A DNA stretch of 52,940 nt from Bacteroidota bacterium (GTDB taxonomy: Bacteria; Bacteroidota; Ignavibacteria; UBA10030). The translations under genes were made by a program, and so were the position numbers. The notes below the pieces were generated by a model. That model searched no databases and was not told where the DNA came from. It saw only the letters and a program-made list of their open reading frames with translations. Below are positions 26,897-37,214 of this stretch, in pieces. The number at the start of each line of letters is the position of its first letter. Position 1 is the first letter of the stretch. The DNA is taken from the NCBI GenBank assembly GCA_017882185.1, contig JADGQA010000001.1, positions 1 to 52,940 of the forward strand, written 5' to 3'.

Positions 26897-26924
26897 ACTC
26901 GCGAATATCCAGATCAACATCGAC

Positions 26925-29900
26925 ATGAAGAAAACATTCCTAGACGTAGCACGTGAAAAAATCATCGTCTTCGACGGAGCGACCGGAACGCATCTGCAGG
27001 GCCAAAACCTCTCGTCGGACGATTTCGGAGGCGAAAAACTTGCAGGGTGCAACGAGTATCTTGTTGTCTCCAAGCCTTCCGCCGTGCGCCTCATGCACCA
27101 AGATTACCTCGAAGCGGGGGCTGATGTCATCGAGACGAATTCCTTCGGAGGCGCTCGAATCGTTCTCGCTGAATACGGTCTGCAGGATCGTGCCTACGAA
27201 CTAAACCTCAAAGCAGCCCAAATCGCTCACGAAATGGCGAGCGACTTTTCTCAATCCGACCACAAACGGTTTGTCGCAGGTTCCATGGGGCCAACGACAA
27301 AGCTCCCTTCCCTTGGACACATCGATTTCCAGTCTATGGCAAAGGGATATTACGAGCAGGCCAAAGGGCTCGTCGACGGAGGGGTGGACCTTCTCTGTGT
27401 GGAGACGTGCCAGGATGTTTTGCAGATCAAAGCCGCCCTTTTCGGAATCTTCAAGTTCTTCCGTGACGAACGAAAGCGAGTTCCCATCATTGTCTCCGTC
27501 ACTGTTGAGACAATCGGTACGATGCTGCTCGGTACGGAAATCTCCGCGGCGTTGACGGCCATCGAGCCTTACGATGTCGATGCGTTCGGCATGAACTGTG
27601 CCACAGGTCCAAAGGAAATGTCGGAGCACATCCGAGTACTCGCTGACAGCTCTCCGATGCCCATCTTCGTGATGCCAAATGCGGGCCTGCCGGAAAATGT
27701 TGGTGGACACGCGCATTACCATCTTACGCCGGAGGAACTTGTTCATCATCTTTCTCATTTCGTCAACGAATTTGGCGTCAATGTCGTTGGCGGGTGTTGC
27801 GGAACGACGAAGGAACACATTCGTCAGCTCGCGAACGCCGTTGGGAACTTATCGCCCAAAGAACGGAACCCCGAGTTTATTCCCGGCGCTTCGAGCCTTT
27901 ACCAGACATCTCCGTTCCACATCGTTCCGCCTCCGATCCTAATCGGCGAACGGACAAATGCGAACGGCAGCAAACAATTCCGCGATCTTCTCGGCAAGGA
28001 AGATTGGGAAGGAATCGTGGCGATGGGCCGCGAGCAGGTGAAGGAACAGGCGCACATGATCGACGTCTGCGCGGCGTACGTGGGTCGCAATGAGGCGGCG
28101 GACATGAAGGAAATCATCACCCGCTACAACACCCAGGTTCAGGCACCCCTCGTCATCGATTCCACGGAAGCGAACGTTCTCGAGGAAGCACTTCAACGGA
28201 TTGGTGGAAAAGCCGTTGTGAATTCCATAAACCTGGAGGATGGTGAAGAACGAATAAACAAAGTCGTTCCCCTCTGCAGGGATTACGGTGCGGCGGTCAT
28301 TGCACTGACCATTGACGAGAAAGGAATGGCAAAAATCGCCGAAGATAAACTCGCAATCGCAAAACGGATCTTTGACTTGGCCGTCGGAAAGTTTGGCATG
28401 AAGTCCCGCGATCTGATTTTCGATACGCTGACATTCACTCTTGGCTCGGGCGATGAGGAGTTCCGTAAGTCGGCTATGGCAACGATAGAAGCAATTCGTC
28501 TCATCAAGAAAGCACTCCCTGGGGTTCACACCTCGCTCGGTGTGAGCAACGTATCATTCGGCCTGTCACCGCATATTCGGCACGTGCTTAACAGCGTTTT
28601 CCTTCACTATGCCGTTGAGGCTGGTTTGGACATGGCAATCGTTCATGCTTCCAGGATTATGCCGCTGTTCAAGATTGATGAGAAAGGACGAGAACTGAGT
28701 CGTCAGCTTATTTTTGATGAACGGAAATTTGAAGGCGAAGGTGACAATCGAAAATGTGTATTCGACCCGCTCACCGAACTCATGAGCTACTATTCGGGGC
28801 AGAAACAAGAGGCGTCGAAGAAGCAAGGCATCAAAGGAGACACTGCAGAGGAGAGACTTAAGAATAGAATCATCGAAGGTGACAAAGTCGGTCTCCAAAA
28901 AGACCTCGACGATGCGCTCCAGCGCCATCCTGCGCTTGAAATCATCAACGGCATACTGCTGGACGGGATGAAGGTCGTGGGAGAACTCTTTGGCGCAGGC
29001 CAAATGCAATTGCCGTTCGTTCTTCAGTCTGCGGAAGTCATGAAATCTGCTGTGTCGTACCTGGAAAAATTCATGGAGAAAGACGCAGGAAGCCAGAAAG
29101 GAACGATGGTAATCGCCACAGTCAAAGGAGATGTACACGACATAGGCAAAAACCTCGTCGATATTATTCTCACGAACAACGGCTATAAGGTCATCAATCT
29201 CGGAATCAAATGTCCCCTCGAATCGATACTCAAAGCAGCGGAAGAAAATAAAGCAGACGCAGTGGGAATGAGTGGCCTCCTTGTGAAATCGACGCTGATT
29301 ATGAAGGAAAACCTCGAAGAAATGAATCGACGCGAACTCTCGATTCCGGTCATTCTCGGTGGTGCGGCTCTCACGAAACGGTACGTCGAGCAGGACCTGC
29401 GCTCCATATACCACGGAAAAGTCTTCTATGCAAACGATGCATTCGACGGCCTGAAACTTATGGAAGTAATCAAACACGGTGGAGAACTGGAGTACAAGAC
29501 GGAGAAAGCCGAAGTCCCCATTCCTGAAGAATCACTCACCGGCTCAGAGGCGAAGATCGCTCTCATCCAGGCGGAGGAAGACAAGGGTGAGGCAGCCCAG
29601 CAGTCGACGGTGAATCGGATGGCTTCAATTCCGAAGCCGCCATTCTGGGGATCGAAAGTCGTGGAAAACATACCGATCGATGATGTCTTCGCCTATGTCA
29701 ACGAAGTTGCATTGATTCGGGGTCAGTGGCGCATCGTAAAGGGAAAACTCTCACCGGAAGAATACAAGAAAATCCTGGATGAACAGATCTATCCTGAGTA
29801 CAACCAACTCAAAGCAAAGATCAAAAAGGAGAGACTCCTTGAGCCGAAAGTCGCATACGGTTACTTCCCGTGTCAATCCAAGGGAAATGATCTCATCATC

Positions 29901-30455
29901 TATCAACCGCCCACCTCGGTTTCAAAATTCGAATTTAAGGTTTCGCAACTAAGAGAATGGCTGCGTTTTACATTCCCCCGTCAGTCGGACGATCGTCATC
30001 TGTGCATTGCGGATTATTTTGCTACCGTCGAGTCCCGCAGGATAGACGTTGTAGCGTTCCACCTGGTCACGGTCGGCAAAGTCGCCTCAGAGTATTCAAG
30101 GAAACTCTACAATACTCACAATTACAAAGACTACCTCTATTTTCACGGTCTGAGCGTGGAGTCTGCGGAAGCTCTTGCGGAGATGTGGCATAAAAAGATA
30201 CGGGAAGAGTTGGATATTGCCGGAAAGGATGCCAAGGACATCAAACGGCTGTTTAGTCAGGGTTACCAGGGATCACGGTATAGCTTTGGGTATCCGGCAT
30301 GTCCGAATCTGGAAGATCAGGCAAAATTGTTTAAACTTATACAACCTGAACGTATTGGAGTGAAACTTTCGGAGGAATTCCAGCTCGATCCGGAACAATC
30401 GACGAACGCGATCATTGTCCATCACCCCGATGCCCGCTACTTCATCATAAAGTAA
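26925..30455 (+). CDS. metH: cobalamin-dependent methionine synthase
   Basis: The 1176-aa protein has the full architecture. It comprises an Hcy-binding domain (GMNCATGP, GGCCGTT), a pterin-binding domain, a B12-binding domain (VKGDVHDIGKN) and a C-terminal AdoMet activation domain (ESAEALAE...GYPACP). Confidence 0.95.
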   Translation: MKKTFLDVAREKIIVFDGATGTHLQGQNLSSDDFGGEKLAGCNEYLVVSKPSAVRLMHQDYLEAGADVIETNSFGGARIVLAEYGLQDRAYELNLKAAQIAHEMASDFSQSDHKRFVAGSMGPTTKLPSLGHIDFQSMAKGYYEQAKGLVDGGVDLLCVETCQDVLQIKAALFGIFKFFRDERKRVPIIVSVTVETIGTMLLGTEISAALTAIEPYDVDAFGMNCATGPKEMSEHIRVLADSSPMPIFVMPNAGLPENVGGHAHYHLTPEELVHHLSHFVNEFGVNVVGGCCGTTKEHIRQLANAVGNLSPKERNPEFIPGASSLYQTSPFHIVPPPILIGERTNANGSKQFRDLLGKEDWEGIVAMGREQVKEQAHMIDVCAAYVGRNEAADMKEIITRYNTQVQAPLVIDSTEANVLEEALQRIGGKAVVNSINLEDGEERINKVVPLCRDYGAAVIALTIDEKGMAKIAEDKLAIAKRIFDLAVGKFGMKSRDLIFDTLTFTLGSGDEEFRKSAMATIEAIRLIKKALPGVHTSLGVSNVSFGLSPHIRHVLNSVFLHYAVEAGLDMAIVHASRIMPLFKIDEKGRELSRQLIFDERKFEGEGDNRKCVFDPLTELMSYYSGQKQEASKKQGIKGDTAEERLKNRIIEGDKVGLQKDLDDALQRHPALEIINGILLDGMKVVGELFGAGQMQLPFVLQSAEVMKSAVSYLEKFMEKDAGSQKGTMVIATVKGDVHDIGKNLVDIILTNNGYKVINLGIKCPLESILKAAEENKADAVGMSGLLVKSTLIMKENLEEMNRRELSIPVILGGAALTKRYVEQDLRSIYHGKVFYANDAFDGLKLMEVIKHGGELEYKTEKAEVPIPEESLTGSEAKIALIQAEEDKGEAAQQSTVNRMASIPKPPFWGSKVVENIPIDDVFAYVNEVALIRGQWRIVKGKLSPEEYKKILDEQIYPEYNQLKAKIKKERLLEPKVAYGYFPCQSKGNDLIIYQPPTSVSKFEFKVSQLREWLRFTFPRQSDDRHLCIADYFATVESRRIDVVAFHLVTVGKVASEYSRKLYNTHNYKDYLYFHGLSVESAEALAEMWHKKIREELDIAGKDAKDIKRLFSQGYQGSRYSFGYPACPNLEDQAKLFKLIQPERIGVKLSEEFQLDPEQSTNAIIVHHPDARYFIIK

Positions 30456-30604
30456 ATGGTGACCAACGACACCTGGCAGCAAAACCGAATCGTCCCGCAT
30501 TGATAGGAACGGAAGCAATCATGTATTGGGACCTTTGAACTCGGAACAACCAATTCGAACTATTCAATTGGAATCATACAACTCGAACCTGAAGGAACCT
30601 CATC

Positions 30605-31240
30605 ATGCCTAACCTCATACTTCTCCGTCACGGTGAATCACAGTGGAACCTCGAAAACCGCTTTACCGGATGGACGGATGTTCCACTTTCGCCAAAAGGT
30701 GAACAGGAAGCCCGTGAAGCCGGTCAAAAACTGAAGAGCTACAAATTCGACGTCGCGTATACCTCTGTTCTCAAACGCGCGATTGATACACTGAATATTG
30801 TTCTGAAAATCATCGGGCAGGAAAAAATTCCCATCTCTTATGACAAGGCGCTTAACGAGCGTCATTACGGGGCGCTCCAGGGACTCAACAAGACGGAGAC
30901 TGCGCAAAAGTACGGGGATCAGCAGGTCAAGCTGTGGCGCAGGAGTTACGATGTCGCGCCTCCCAAAGAAAAGACTGCATTGAATCCCGATGCGATCAGC
31001 GAGAGCCTCAAGGATACTGCTGCGCGCACTTTGCCATACTTCGAATCGAAGATTGTTCCCGAAATCAATGCGGGGAAAAATGTTATTGTTTCTGCTCACG
31101 GTAACAGTCTTCGTTCCATTGTCATGAAGCTGGATAACTTGACTAGGGAAGAGGTTGTGGAACTTAACATCCCGACGGGAGTCCCGCTGTTATACGTGTA
31201 CGATTCAAAAGGTTCGATCAAGGAACATCGCTCTTTATGA
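30605..31240 (+). CDS. gpmA: 2,3-bisphosphoglycerate-dependent phosphoglycerate mutase
   Basis: [30 protein letters not shown] and VSAHGNSLR are canonical dPGM motifs. Confidence 0.9.
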   Translation: MPNLILLRHGESQWNLENRFTGWTDVPLSPKGEQEAREAGQKLKSYKFDVAYTSVLKRAIDTLNIVLKIIGQEKIPISYDKALNERHYGALQGLNKTETAQKYGDQQVKLWRRSYDVAPPKEKTALNPDAISESLKDTAARTLPYFESKIVPEINAGKNVIVSAHGNSLRSIVMKLDNLTREEVVELNIPTGVPLLYVYDSKGSIKEHRSL

Positions 31241-31342
31241 TAGCACAAGAAGCCCTGACAGACTGAAAATGGTAGCGGGGGTTCGCAAATTCGACAAAGA
31301 TTTTGCCTTGAATTTACAGGCTCTATTTGCTATTATAAATAT

Positions 31343-31726
31343 GTGATGGATGAGCGATTTTATCGTGGGCTGGAGGAATTCAACGGTGAGAGGTTTTTCG
31401 AGGCTCACGAAGTACTTGAAGACCTGTGGCATGAGTACCGGGATGTAGACAGGATTTTTATCCAGGGGCTCATCCAAATAGCCGCAGCCTTCTACCATAT
31501 ACAGTCCCATAATCTCAAAGGAGCTCTCAGTCAGTTTACAAAAGGGAGCGAAAAGCTCAAGCACTTTGTGCCGGCATACAAAGACGTGTCTGTCGCGAAG
31601 TTGTTGGAGGATGTTCGGGAGAATTTGCAGCGGATACAACAAACGGCAAATGTAAGTTTCGACACGATTACCTTTCCTCAAATCCAGTATACACGAGTAG
31701 CGAACACTTCAAATCCAGGTTCATAA
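31343..31726 (+). CDS. DUF309 domain-containing protein
   Basis: FNGERFFEAHEVLEDLW...QGLIQIAAAFYH matches the DUF309 signature as I recall it. Confidence 0.6.
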   Translation: MMDERFYRGLEEFNGERFFEAHEVLEDLWHEYRDVDRIFIQGLIQIAAAFYHIQSHNLKGALSQFTKGSEKLKHFVPAYKDVSVAKLLEDVRENLQRIQQTANVSFDTITFPQIQYTRVANTSNPGS

Positions 31727-31740
31727 TCAAGGAGAATTGA

Positions 31741-32079
<339 letters not shown>

Positions 32080-32167
32080 CTCACTCCATGTTTTTTCCAG
32101 AAGGTCGGCGTCAGATCCCATCGAATTCGATGCGGAAGGCAGCCGACCTTCTTCATTTTGAACGACA

Positions 32168-33013
32168 ATGAGAATCGGACCATATACGATTCATTCGATC
32201 GAAACAGGCATGTTCTCCCTCGATGGGGGCGCGATGTTCGGAATTGTGCCGTGGGTGTTTTGGAGCAAAATGAATCCACCCGACGAACGGCAGCGTATTC
32301 AGCTTGCGGCTCGGTGTTGGCTCATTCAAGGGAATGGAAAAACCATACTTGTCGATGACGGGAATGGAACAAAATGGCCAGGCAAATTGAAAGACATTTA
32401 CCGGCTCGACAATACTAGAACCGACTTGCTATCTTCGCTGAAGAAACTCGGCGTTTCACGCATTGATGTAACCGACGTCATTCTGACCCATCTCCATTTC
32501 GACCATGCCGGAGGCTCGACAATCCTGAATGGCGGAAAACCCGAGCCAACATTCCCGAGAGCAAAATATTACGTTCAGCGGAAGCACTGGGAGCTGTCTC
32601 AGAACCCGACCGACAAGGATCGTGCAAGCTTTATGAACGACGACTTTATGCCGTTGATGGACCGGAAAATCCTTGAGCTTGTCGATGGCGAGGTCGAGTT
32701 GTTGTCTGGGATTGAAGTGCTGGTATGCAACGGCCATACGTCCGCTCAACAATTGCCAAAGATATCGGACGGCAAGACGACCATGTTGTTTTGCTGCGAC
32801 CTTGTTCCGACAACATCCCATGTTCCATATCCTTATATCATGGCATATGACGTCAGGCCGCTCGTAACGCTGGAAGAGAAGAAAAGAATTTTGTCCCGCG
32901 CTTTCGAAGAACATTGGATACTCTTTCTCGAGCACGACCCGATCACCGAAGCCATCACACTCAAGAAATCGGACAAAGGCTTCGTCATTGACCAGAAACT
33001 AATACTCGATTGA
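32168..33013 (+). CDS. MBL-fold metallo-hydrolase
   Basis: The HxHxDH motif is THLHFDHAGG, with later conserved His and Asp positions. The protein is 281 aa long. Confidence 0.8.
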   Translation: MRIGPYTIHSIETGMFSLDGGAMFGIVPWVFWSKMNPPDERQRIQLAARCWLIQGNGKTILVDDGNGTKWPGKLKDIYRLDNTRTDLLSSLKKLGVSRIDVTDVILTHLHFDHAGGSTILNGGKPEPTFPRAKYYVQRKHWELSQNPTDKDRASFMNDDFMPLMDRKILELVDGEVELLSGIEVLVCNGHTSAQQLPKISDGKTTMLFCCDLVPTTSHVPYPYIMAYDVRPLVTLEEKKRILSRAFEEHWILFLEHDPITEAITLKKSDKGFVIDQKLILD

Positions 33014-33015
33014 GT

Positions 33016-33354
33016 ATGGATGGGTTCACGAAGATCGGACGGGCGATCGATATGAAAGATCGGAAACCCTTAAATTCGGTGATTGACGGATCGAGCGTGG
33101 TTATTGTGAAAGCGGATAATGATTTGTTCGCGTTTGAGAACAATTGTCCGCAACAGCATTTTTCTCTTTTGCATCAGGGCACGATTGAAGGATGCGAAAT
33201 TACGTGTCCAATGCATGGTTGGACATTCAACATGAAATCTGGTGAGTCGATTAATGGTAATGGCAGGCTCAAGAATCTCAAAGTAAAGAATTCAGATGGT
33301 TGGATTTGGGTTGAGAGCATGAAACCCGCCCAATCATTCTCGCTTTTTGACTAG
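33016..33354 (+). CDS. Rieske-type [2Fe-2S] domain protein (NirD-like small subunit)
   Basis: CPQQH ... CPMHGWTF resembles the Rieske CxH...CxxH pattern. The ATG at 33016 was chosen as the start. The track start, TTG 33010, overlaps the MBL stop and is an alternative. Confidence 0.65.
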   Translation: MDGFTKIGRAIDMKDRKPLNSVIDGSSVVIVKADNDLFAFENNCPQQHFSLLHQGTIEGCEITCPMHGWTFNMKSGESINGNGRLKNLKVKNSDGWIWVESMKPAQSFSLFD

Positions 33355-33374
33355 GTTGTCGGGACGGGAGGAAG

Positions 33375-34316
33375 GTGGAGCAGAATCTCACACAGCATAT
33401 TCGGGAACAAGCACTTGCGCTGGGATTTTCCAGCGTCGGCGTAGCACGTGCAGCGGTTCTGGAAGAAGAAGGTCTCCATTTGACCGAGTGGCTCAACAAA
33501 GGTTTTCACGCGTCGATGTCTTGGATGGAGAAGAATCCCGAAAAACGAATCGATATGGACAACGTGCTTCCGGGAGTGAAATCGGTCGTTTGCGTGACAC
33601 TCAATTATTATTCCGACGAGATCCACTCGGATGCAACTGGGACGGGGAAAATTTCCCGATATGCCTGGGGAGACGACTACCATATCATTATGACAGACCG
33701 GCTCGAAAAGTTGTTGAAGTGGATTCAGTTACTTCAGCCGGAAGTCCGCGGAAAAGTCTATGTGGATACCGGACCCGTCATGGACAAAGTCTGGGCGAGT
33801 CGGGCCGGACTCGGTTGGCAGGGAAAGCACACGAATCTCATCACGAAAGAGTTCGGTTCGTGGGTTTTTCTCGGAGAGATTCTTCTTGACGTCGAGCTCG
33901 AATACGACGAGCCGATTGCCGATGCTTGTGGCACGTGTACGGCGTGTATCGAAGCTTGTCCGACACAGGCAATCATAGAACCGTACATACTCGACTCCAA
34001 CAGGTGCATATCCTATTTGACGATCGAACAGCAGGGAGACTTACCCTCCGAGCTCTCAAAGGATTTCAATGGCTGGATCTACGGTTGTGACATATGTCAG
34101 GACGTGTGTCCGTGGAATCGGTTTCAGCAGGTAACGAATGAACCGGCGTTTCAACCCAGAACTTGGAATATTGCGCCGGAACTGAAACAAATCGCGCAGC
34201 TGACGAAGGACGAATTCAACGATCACTATCGTAAGAGCCCAATCAAACGGACCAAACGAGTCGGACTCATCAGGAATGCAAAGGCCGTCGCAAAGGATTC
34301 GATGAATCTTTCCTAG
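33375..34316 (+). CDS. queG: tRNA epoxyqueuosine(34) reductase
   Basis: The GTG start follows GGAGG. Supporting motifs are CGTCTACIEACPT, CISYLTIE and CDICQDVCPWN, and the HEAT-like tail is typical of QueG. Confidence 0.88.
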   Translation: MEQNLTQHIREQALALGFSSVGVARAAVLEEEGLHLTEWLNKGFHASMSWMEKNPEKRIDMDNVLPGVKSVVCVTLNYYSDEIHSDATGTGKISRYAWGDDYHIIMTDRLEKLLKWIQLLQPEVRGKVYVDTGPVMDKVWASRAGLGWQGKHTNLITKEFGSWVFLGEILLDVELEYDEPIADACGTCTACIEACPTQAIIEPYILDSNRCISYLTIEQQGDLPSELSKDFNGWIYGCDICQDVCPWNRFQQVTNEPAFQPRTWNIAPELKQIAQLTKDEFNDHYRKSPIKRTKRVGLIRNAKAVAKDSMNLS

Positions 34317-34357
34317 TGTTTGTTGCATCTAACTGTAAAAGGAAGGAATTTCTGTAC

Positions 34358-35314
34358 ATGACCACAGAAAACGTTCACAAGCTGATCATCATAGGTTCGG
34401 GCCCGGCAGGATTGACCGCTGCGCTCTACGCTGCACGTGCAAACATGAACCCGCTGGTTTTTGAAGGGCCACAACCTGGCGGCCAGTTGACAATTACGAC
34501 GGAAGTCGAGAACTATCCCGGATTTCCGGAGGGCGTCATGGGCCCGGAGATGATGGATCTCTTTCGCAAGCAGGCTCAAAAGTTTGGTGCGGATTGCCAG
34601 TTCAAGATGGTCGATGAAGTCGATTTCTCAAAGCGTCCTTTCAGGCTGGTGATTGAAGGGAAAGAATATTTTGCTCACACCGTCATTGTCGCTACAGGGG
34701 CTTCCGCTAAGCTGTTGAATCTTCCTTCAGAGAGCGACTATATGGGATACGGAGTTTCTGCCTGTGCGACCTGCGACGGTTTCTTTTTCAAGAACCAGCA
34801 CGTAGTCGTTGTGGGAGGCGGGGACACAGCAATGGAAGAGGCAACGTATTTGACGAAACATGCAGCACGTGTGACAGTTGTTCATCGGAGGAACGAACTG
34901 CGAGCCTCCAAAGTGATGCAGGAGCGCGCAATGAAAAATCCCAAAATCGACTTTATCTGGGATTCCGCCGTCACTGAGGTGCTTGGTGAAAAGAATGCAC
35001 TTGGGCATAAGAAGGTCAACGGGGTGAAAATAAAAAATCTCAAGACAGGTCAGATAACCGAGTTCAAGTGTGACGGTCTGTTTCTGGCAATCGGTCATCA
35101 GCCGAACACGAAGTTATTTCAGGGAAAACTCGAAATGGATCCGGTTGGCTACTTGATCACGAAGCCTCATAGTACTGCGACCAATATGTCCGGGGTTTTT
35201 GCCGCCGGCGATGTCGCCGATCCGGTTTATCGTCAGGCAGTTTCAGCGGCAGGGACGGGCTGTATGGCTGCCATTGATGCCGAGAGATTTCTTGCTCACG
35301 AAGGGCACGATTAG
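34358..35314 (+). CDS. trxB: thioredoxin-disulfide reductase
   Basis: The start is trimmed to the ATG at 34358 (MTTENVHKLIIIGSGPAG). The redox-active motif is CATCDG, and GGGDTAMEEA and FAAGDV are also present. Confidence 0.92.
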   Translation: MTTENVHKLIIIGSGPAGLTAALYAARANMNPLVFEGPQPGGQLTITTEVENYPGFPEGVMGPEMMDLFRKQAQKFGADCQFKMVDEVDFSKRPFRLVIEGKEYFAHTVIVATGASAKLLNLPSESDYMGYGVSACATCDGFFFKNQHVVVVGGGDTAMEEATYLTKHAARVTVVHRRNELRASKVMQERAMKNPKIDFIWDSAVTEVLGEKNALGHKKVNGVKIKNLKTGQITEFKCDGLFLAIGHQPNTKLFQGKLEMDPVGYLITKPHSTATNMSGVFAAGDVADPVYRQAVSAAGTGCMAAIDAERFLAHEGHD

Positions 35315-35407
35315 CGGATAAGTGATGCCGCCCGGATATTGTTTTCTAACGAGACCAGGCTGACAATCGGACTTAGCCTGGTCCTTAAGAGCAGAAAGGA
35401 CACATGA

Positions 35408-35764
35408 ATGGAATCAGCCCGGTGGATTCGCGAATTCCCTGCAGCAATCACGGTGTGCGATTCGACCGGAGAAATTGTGGCGATGAATGACAAAGCTTGT
35501 ATCACGTTCGCCGCAGATGGAGGAGCAAGACTCATCGGAACAAATCTCATCGACTGTCATTCAGAGCCCGCGCGTTCAAAGGTGGCAGACCTGCTGAATT
35601 CAAAATCACTGAATGTGTACACAATTGACAAGGGTGGAATCAAAAAGCTCATTTACCAATCTCCCTGGTATGAAAACGGCGAGTTCGCCGGTTTTGTCGA
35701 ATTGTCTCTCCCAATCCCATCAGAAATGCCCCACTTCGTTCGAGATTCAAAACCTGTCGAATGA
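35408..35764 (+). CDS. small PAS-domain protein
   Basis: The 118-aa protein shows PAAITVCDSTGEIVAMNDKA...LIDCH, a PAS-like pattern. The call is of moderate certainty. Confidence 0.5.
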   Translation: MESARWIREFPAAITVCDSTGEIVAMNDKACITFAADGGARLIGTNLIDCHSEPARSKVADLLNSKSLNVYTIDKGGIKKLIYQSPWYENGEFAGFVELSLPIPSEMPHFVRDSKPVE

Positions 35765-35881
35765 ACCTAAGGTCCAATCCGTTCCGATTCCTGATTTGGA
35801 ACGTTCACACGCCTCTTTTTCGTCCTTTTCAGACCTCTCTTGTTTCCGCTCAGCGCGGTTGACGAGATTTTCCTCAGCTCG

Positions 35882-35910
35882 TTGACTTTCCCCCTTCTAT
35901 TTCTTATAAT
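35882..35910 (+). promoter_or_regulatory. near-consensus sigma70 promoter upstream of sppA
   Basis: TTGACT (35882-35887), a 17-nt spacer and TATAAT (35905-35910) lie about 70 nt upstream of the sppA ATG. Confidence 0.55.
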
Positions 35911-35981
35911 TTAAGGCAGGATAATAAGTTATACCGCCTCATGCCGTCCGACCTGGGGCAGAGCAACCTGGGAGCCTTCAT

Positions 35982-36884
35982 ATGTCGACTACCACAAAGT
36001 GGGTCATAGGCCTCGTCGCAGTCTTCTTCCTCATCTTCGGCTTTCTTACGCTGACAGTCTTTGCCTGGATTTTTTCCGAACCGGAGGATGAAACCGTGTC
36101 CACGGGGAGTGAGAAAATCGCCCTCGTCGAATTGAATGAGCCAATCATTTCTTCTGAAGATATTGTTCGCCAGCTTAAAAAGTATCGGGAGAACCGGTCC
36201 ATAAAGGCGATCGTCTTCCGTGTTGAATCACCCGGCGGCGGGGTCGCTGCAAGCCAGGAGATATACGAGGAAGTGAAGAAGACGAGGGAAAGCGGAAAGC
36301 CCATCGTGGTGTCCATGGGTGCCGTTGCCGCCAGCGGAGGATACTATGTTTCATGCGGTGCCACAAGGATTGTCGCGAATCCCGGGACACTGACGGGGAG
36401 CATTGGTGTCATCTTTCAATTCCTCCACTTCAGTGAGCTCATGAAGAAACTGGGAATCGACGAGTCGACATTCAAGTCGGGCAAGCTCAAAGATTCGGGT
36501 TCACCGTTCAGAAAAGTGACGCCAGAAGAGCAGAAATATTTCCAAAGTCTCATTTCAGATGTGTATGATCAGTTTGTCGATGTCGTTGCCAAGGAACGCA
36601 GACTGAATATCAACTATGTTAAAAAATACGCCGATGGAAGAGTATTCACCGGGCGCCAGGCGAAACAATATGGCTTTGTCGATACGCTCGGAACACTCGA
36701 AGATGCAGTTTCGATCGCCGGCAAACTTGCCGGTATTCAGGGCAAGCCGAAGGTGATAAAAGAATATCACCGCAGGACTCTGTTCGAGCGATTGTTTGGA
36801 GAGGCGGCGACCGATATAGCCAGGCTGAGAGACGAGTTTGTGCACCAGCCGGTAATCCAATACAGGTTCACCACGCCATATTAA
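35982..36884 (+). CDS. sppA: signal peptide peptidase SppA (36K type)
   Basis: An N-terminal TM is followed by SPGGGVAAS, SMGAVAASGGYY (catalytic Ser region) and GKLKDSGSPFR. Confidence 0.88.
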   Translation: MSTTTKWVIGLVAVFFLIFGFLTLTVFAWIFSEPEDETVSTGSEKIALVELNEPIISSEDIVRQLKKYRENRSIKAIVFRVESPGGGVAASQEIYEEVKKTRESGKPIVVSMGAVAASGGYYVSCGATRIVANPGTLTGSIGVIFQFLHFSELMKKLGIDESTFKSGKLKDSGSPFRKVTPEEQKYFQSLISDVYDQFVDVVAKERRLNINYVKKYADGRVFTGRQAKQYGFVDTLGTLEDAVSIAGKLAGIQGKPKVIKEYHRRTLFERLFGEAATDIARLRDEFVHQPVIQYRFTTPY

Positions 36885-36902
36885 CATTGAGAGGAGGCTT
36901 CC

Positions 36903-37214
36903 TTGACAAAAGCTGACATAGTCGATGTGATCGCTTCTGCGACTGGCTTGACAAAAGTCGAGACAGAAGCAGTGGTGGATGGATTCATCGCAACCGTCAT
37001 CGATACGATGAAGCAAGGGAAGAATATCGAGATTCGTGGATTCGGGAGCTTCAAAGTCAAGAAGCGGAAAGGCCGTGTTGCACGTAATCCAAGGACCGGC
37101 GAGCAGGTAATGGTGCAAGAACATTTTGTGCCGATCTTCAAGGTCTCAAAAGAACTTAAGCACCTCGTCGACGAGAACCTGAAGAAGGATTCTTCTGCAA
37201 AAGACAAGGAATGA
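36903..37214 (+). CDS. HU/IHF-family DNA-binding protein
   Basis: The TTG start sits 5 nt after GAGGAGG. IEIRGFGSFKVKKRKGRVARNPRTGEQV is the canonical HU/IHF beta-arm. Confidence 0.9.
   Translation: MTKADIVDVIASATGLTKVETEAVVDGFIATVIDTMKQGKNIEIRGFGSFKVKKRKGRVARNPRTGEQVMVQEHFVPIFKVSKELKHLVDENLKKDSSAKDKE

Noticed and set aside
26622-26924. I considered a SAM-I or cobalamin riboswitch in the metH leader, and the 70-aa ORF at 26658..26870.
   Set aside because: I could not find the conserved SAM-I cores (GAGGGA, GGCCC, CCCGGCAACC, GGUGCUAA) or the B12-box (GCCACUG / AGUCAGGAGACCUGCC-like). GCCACT alone is not enough. The ORF runs through the terminator hairpin and has no RBS. The region is kept only as a generic leader candidate.
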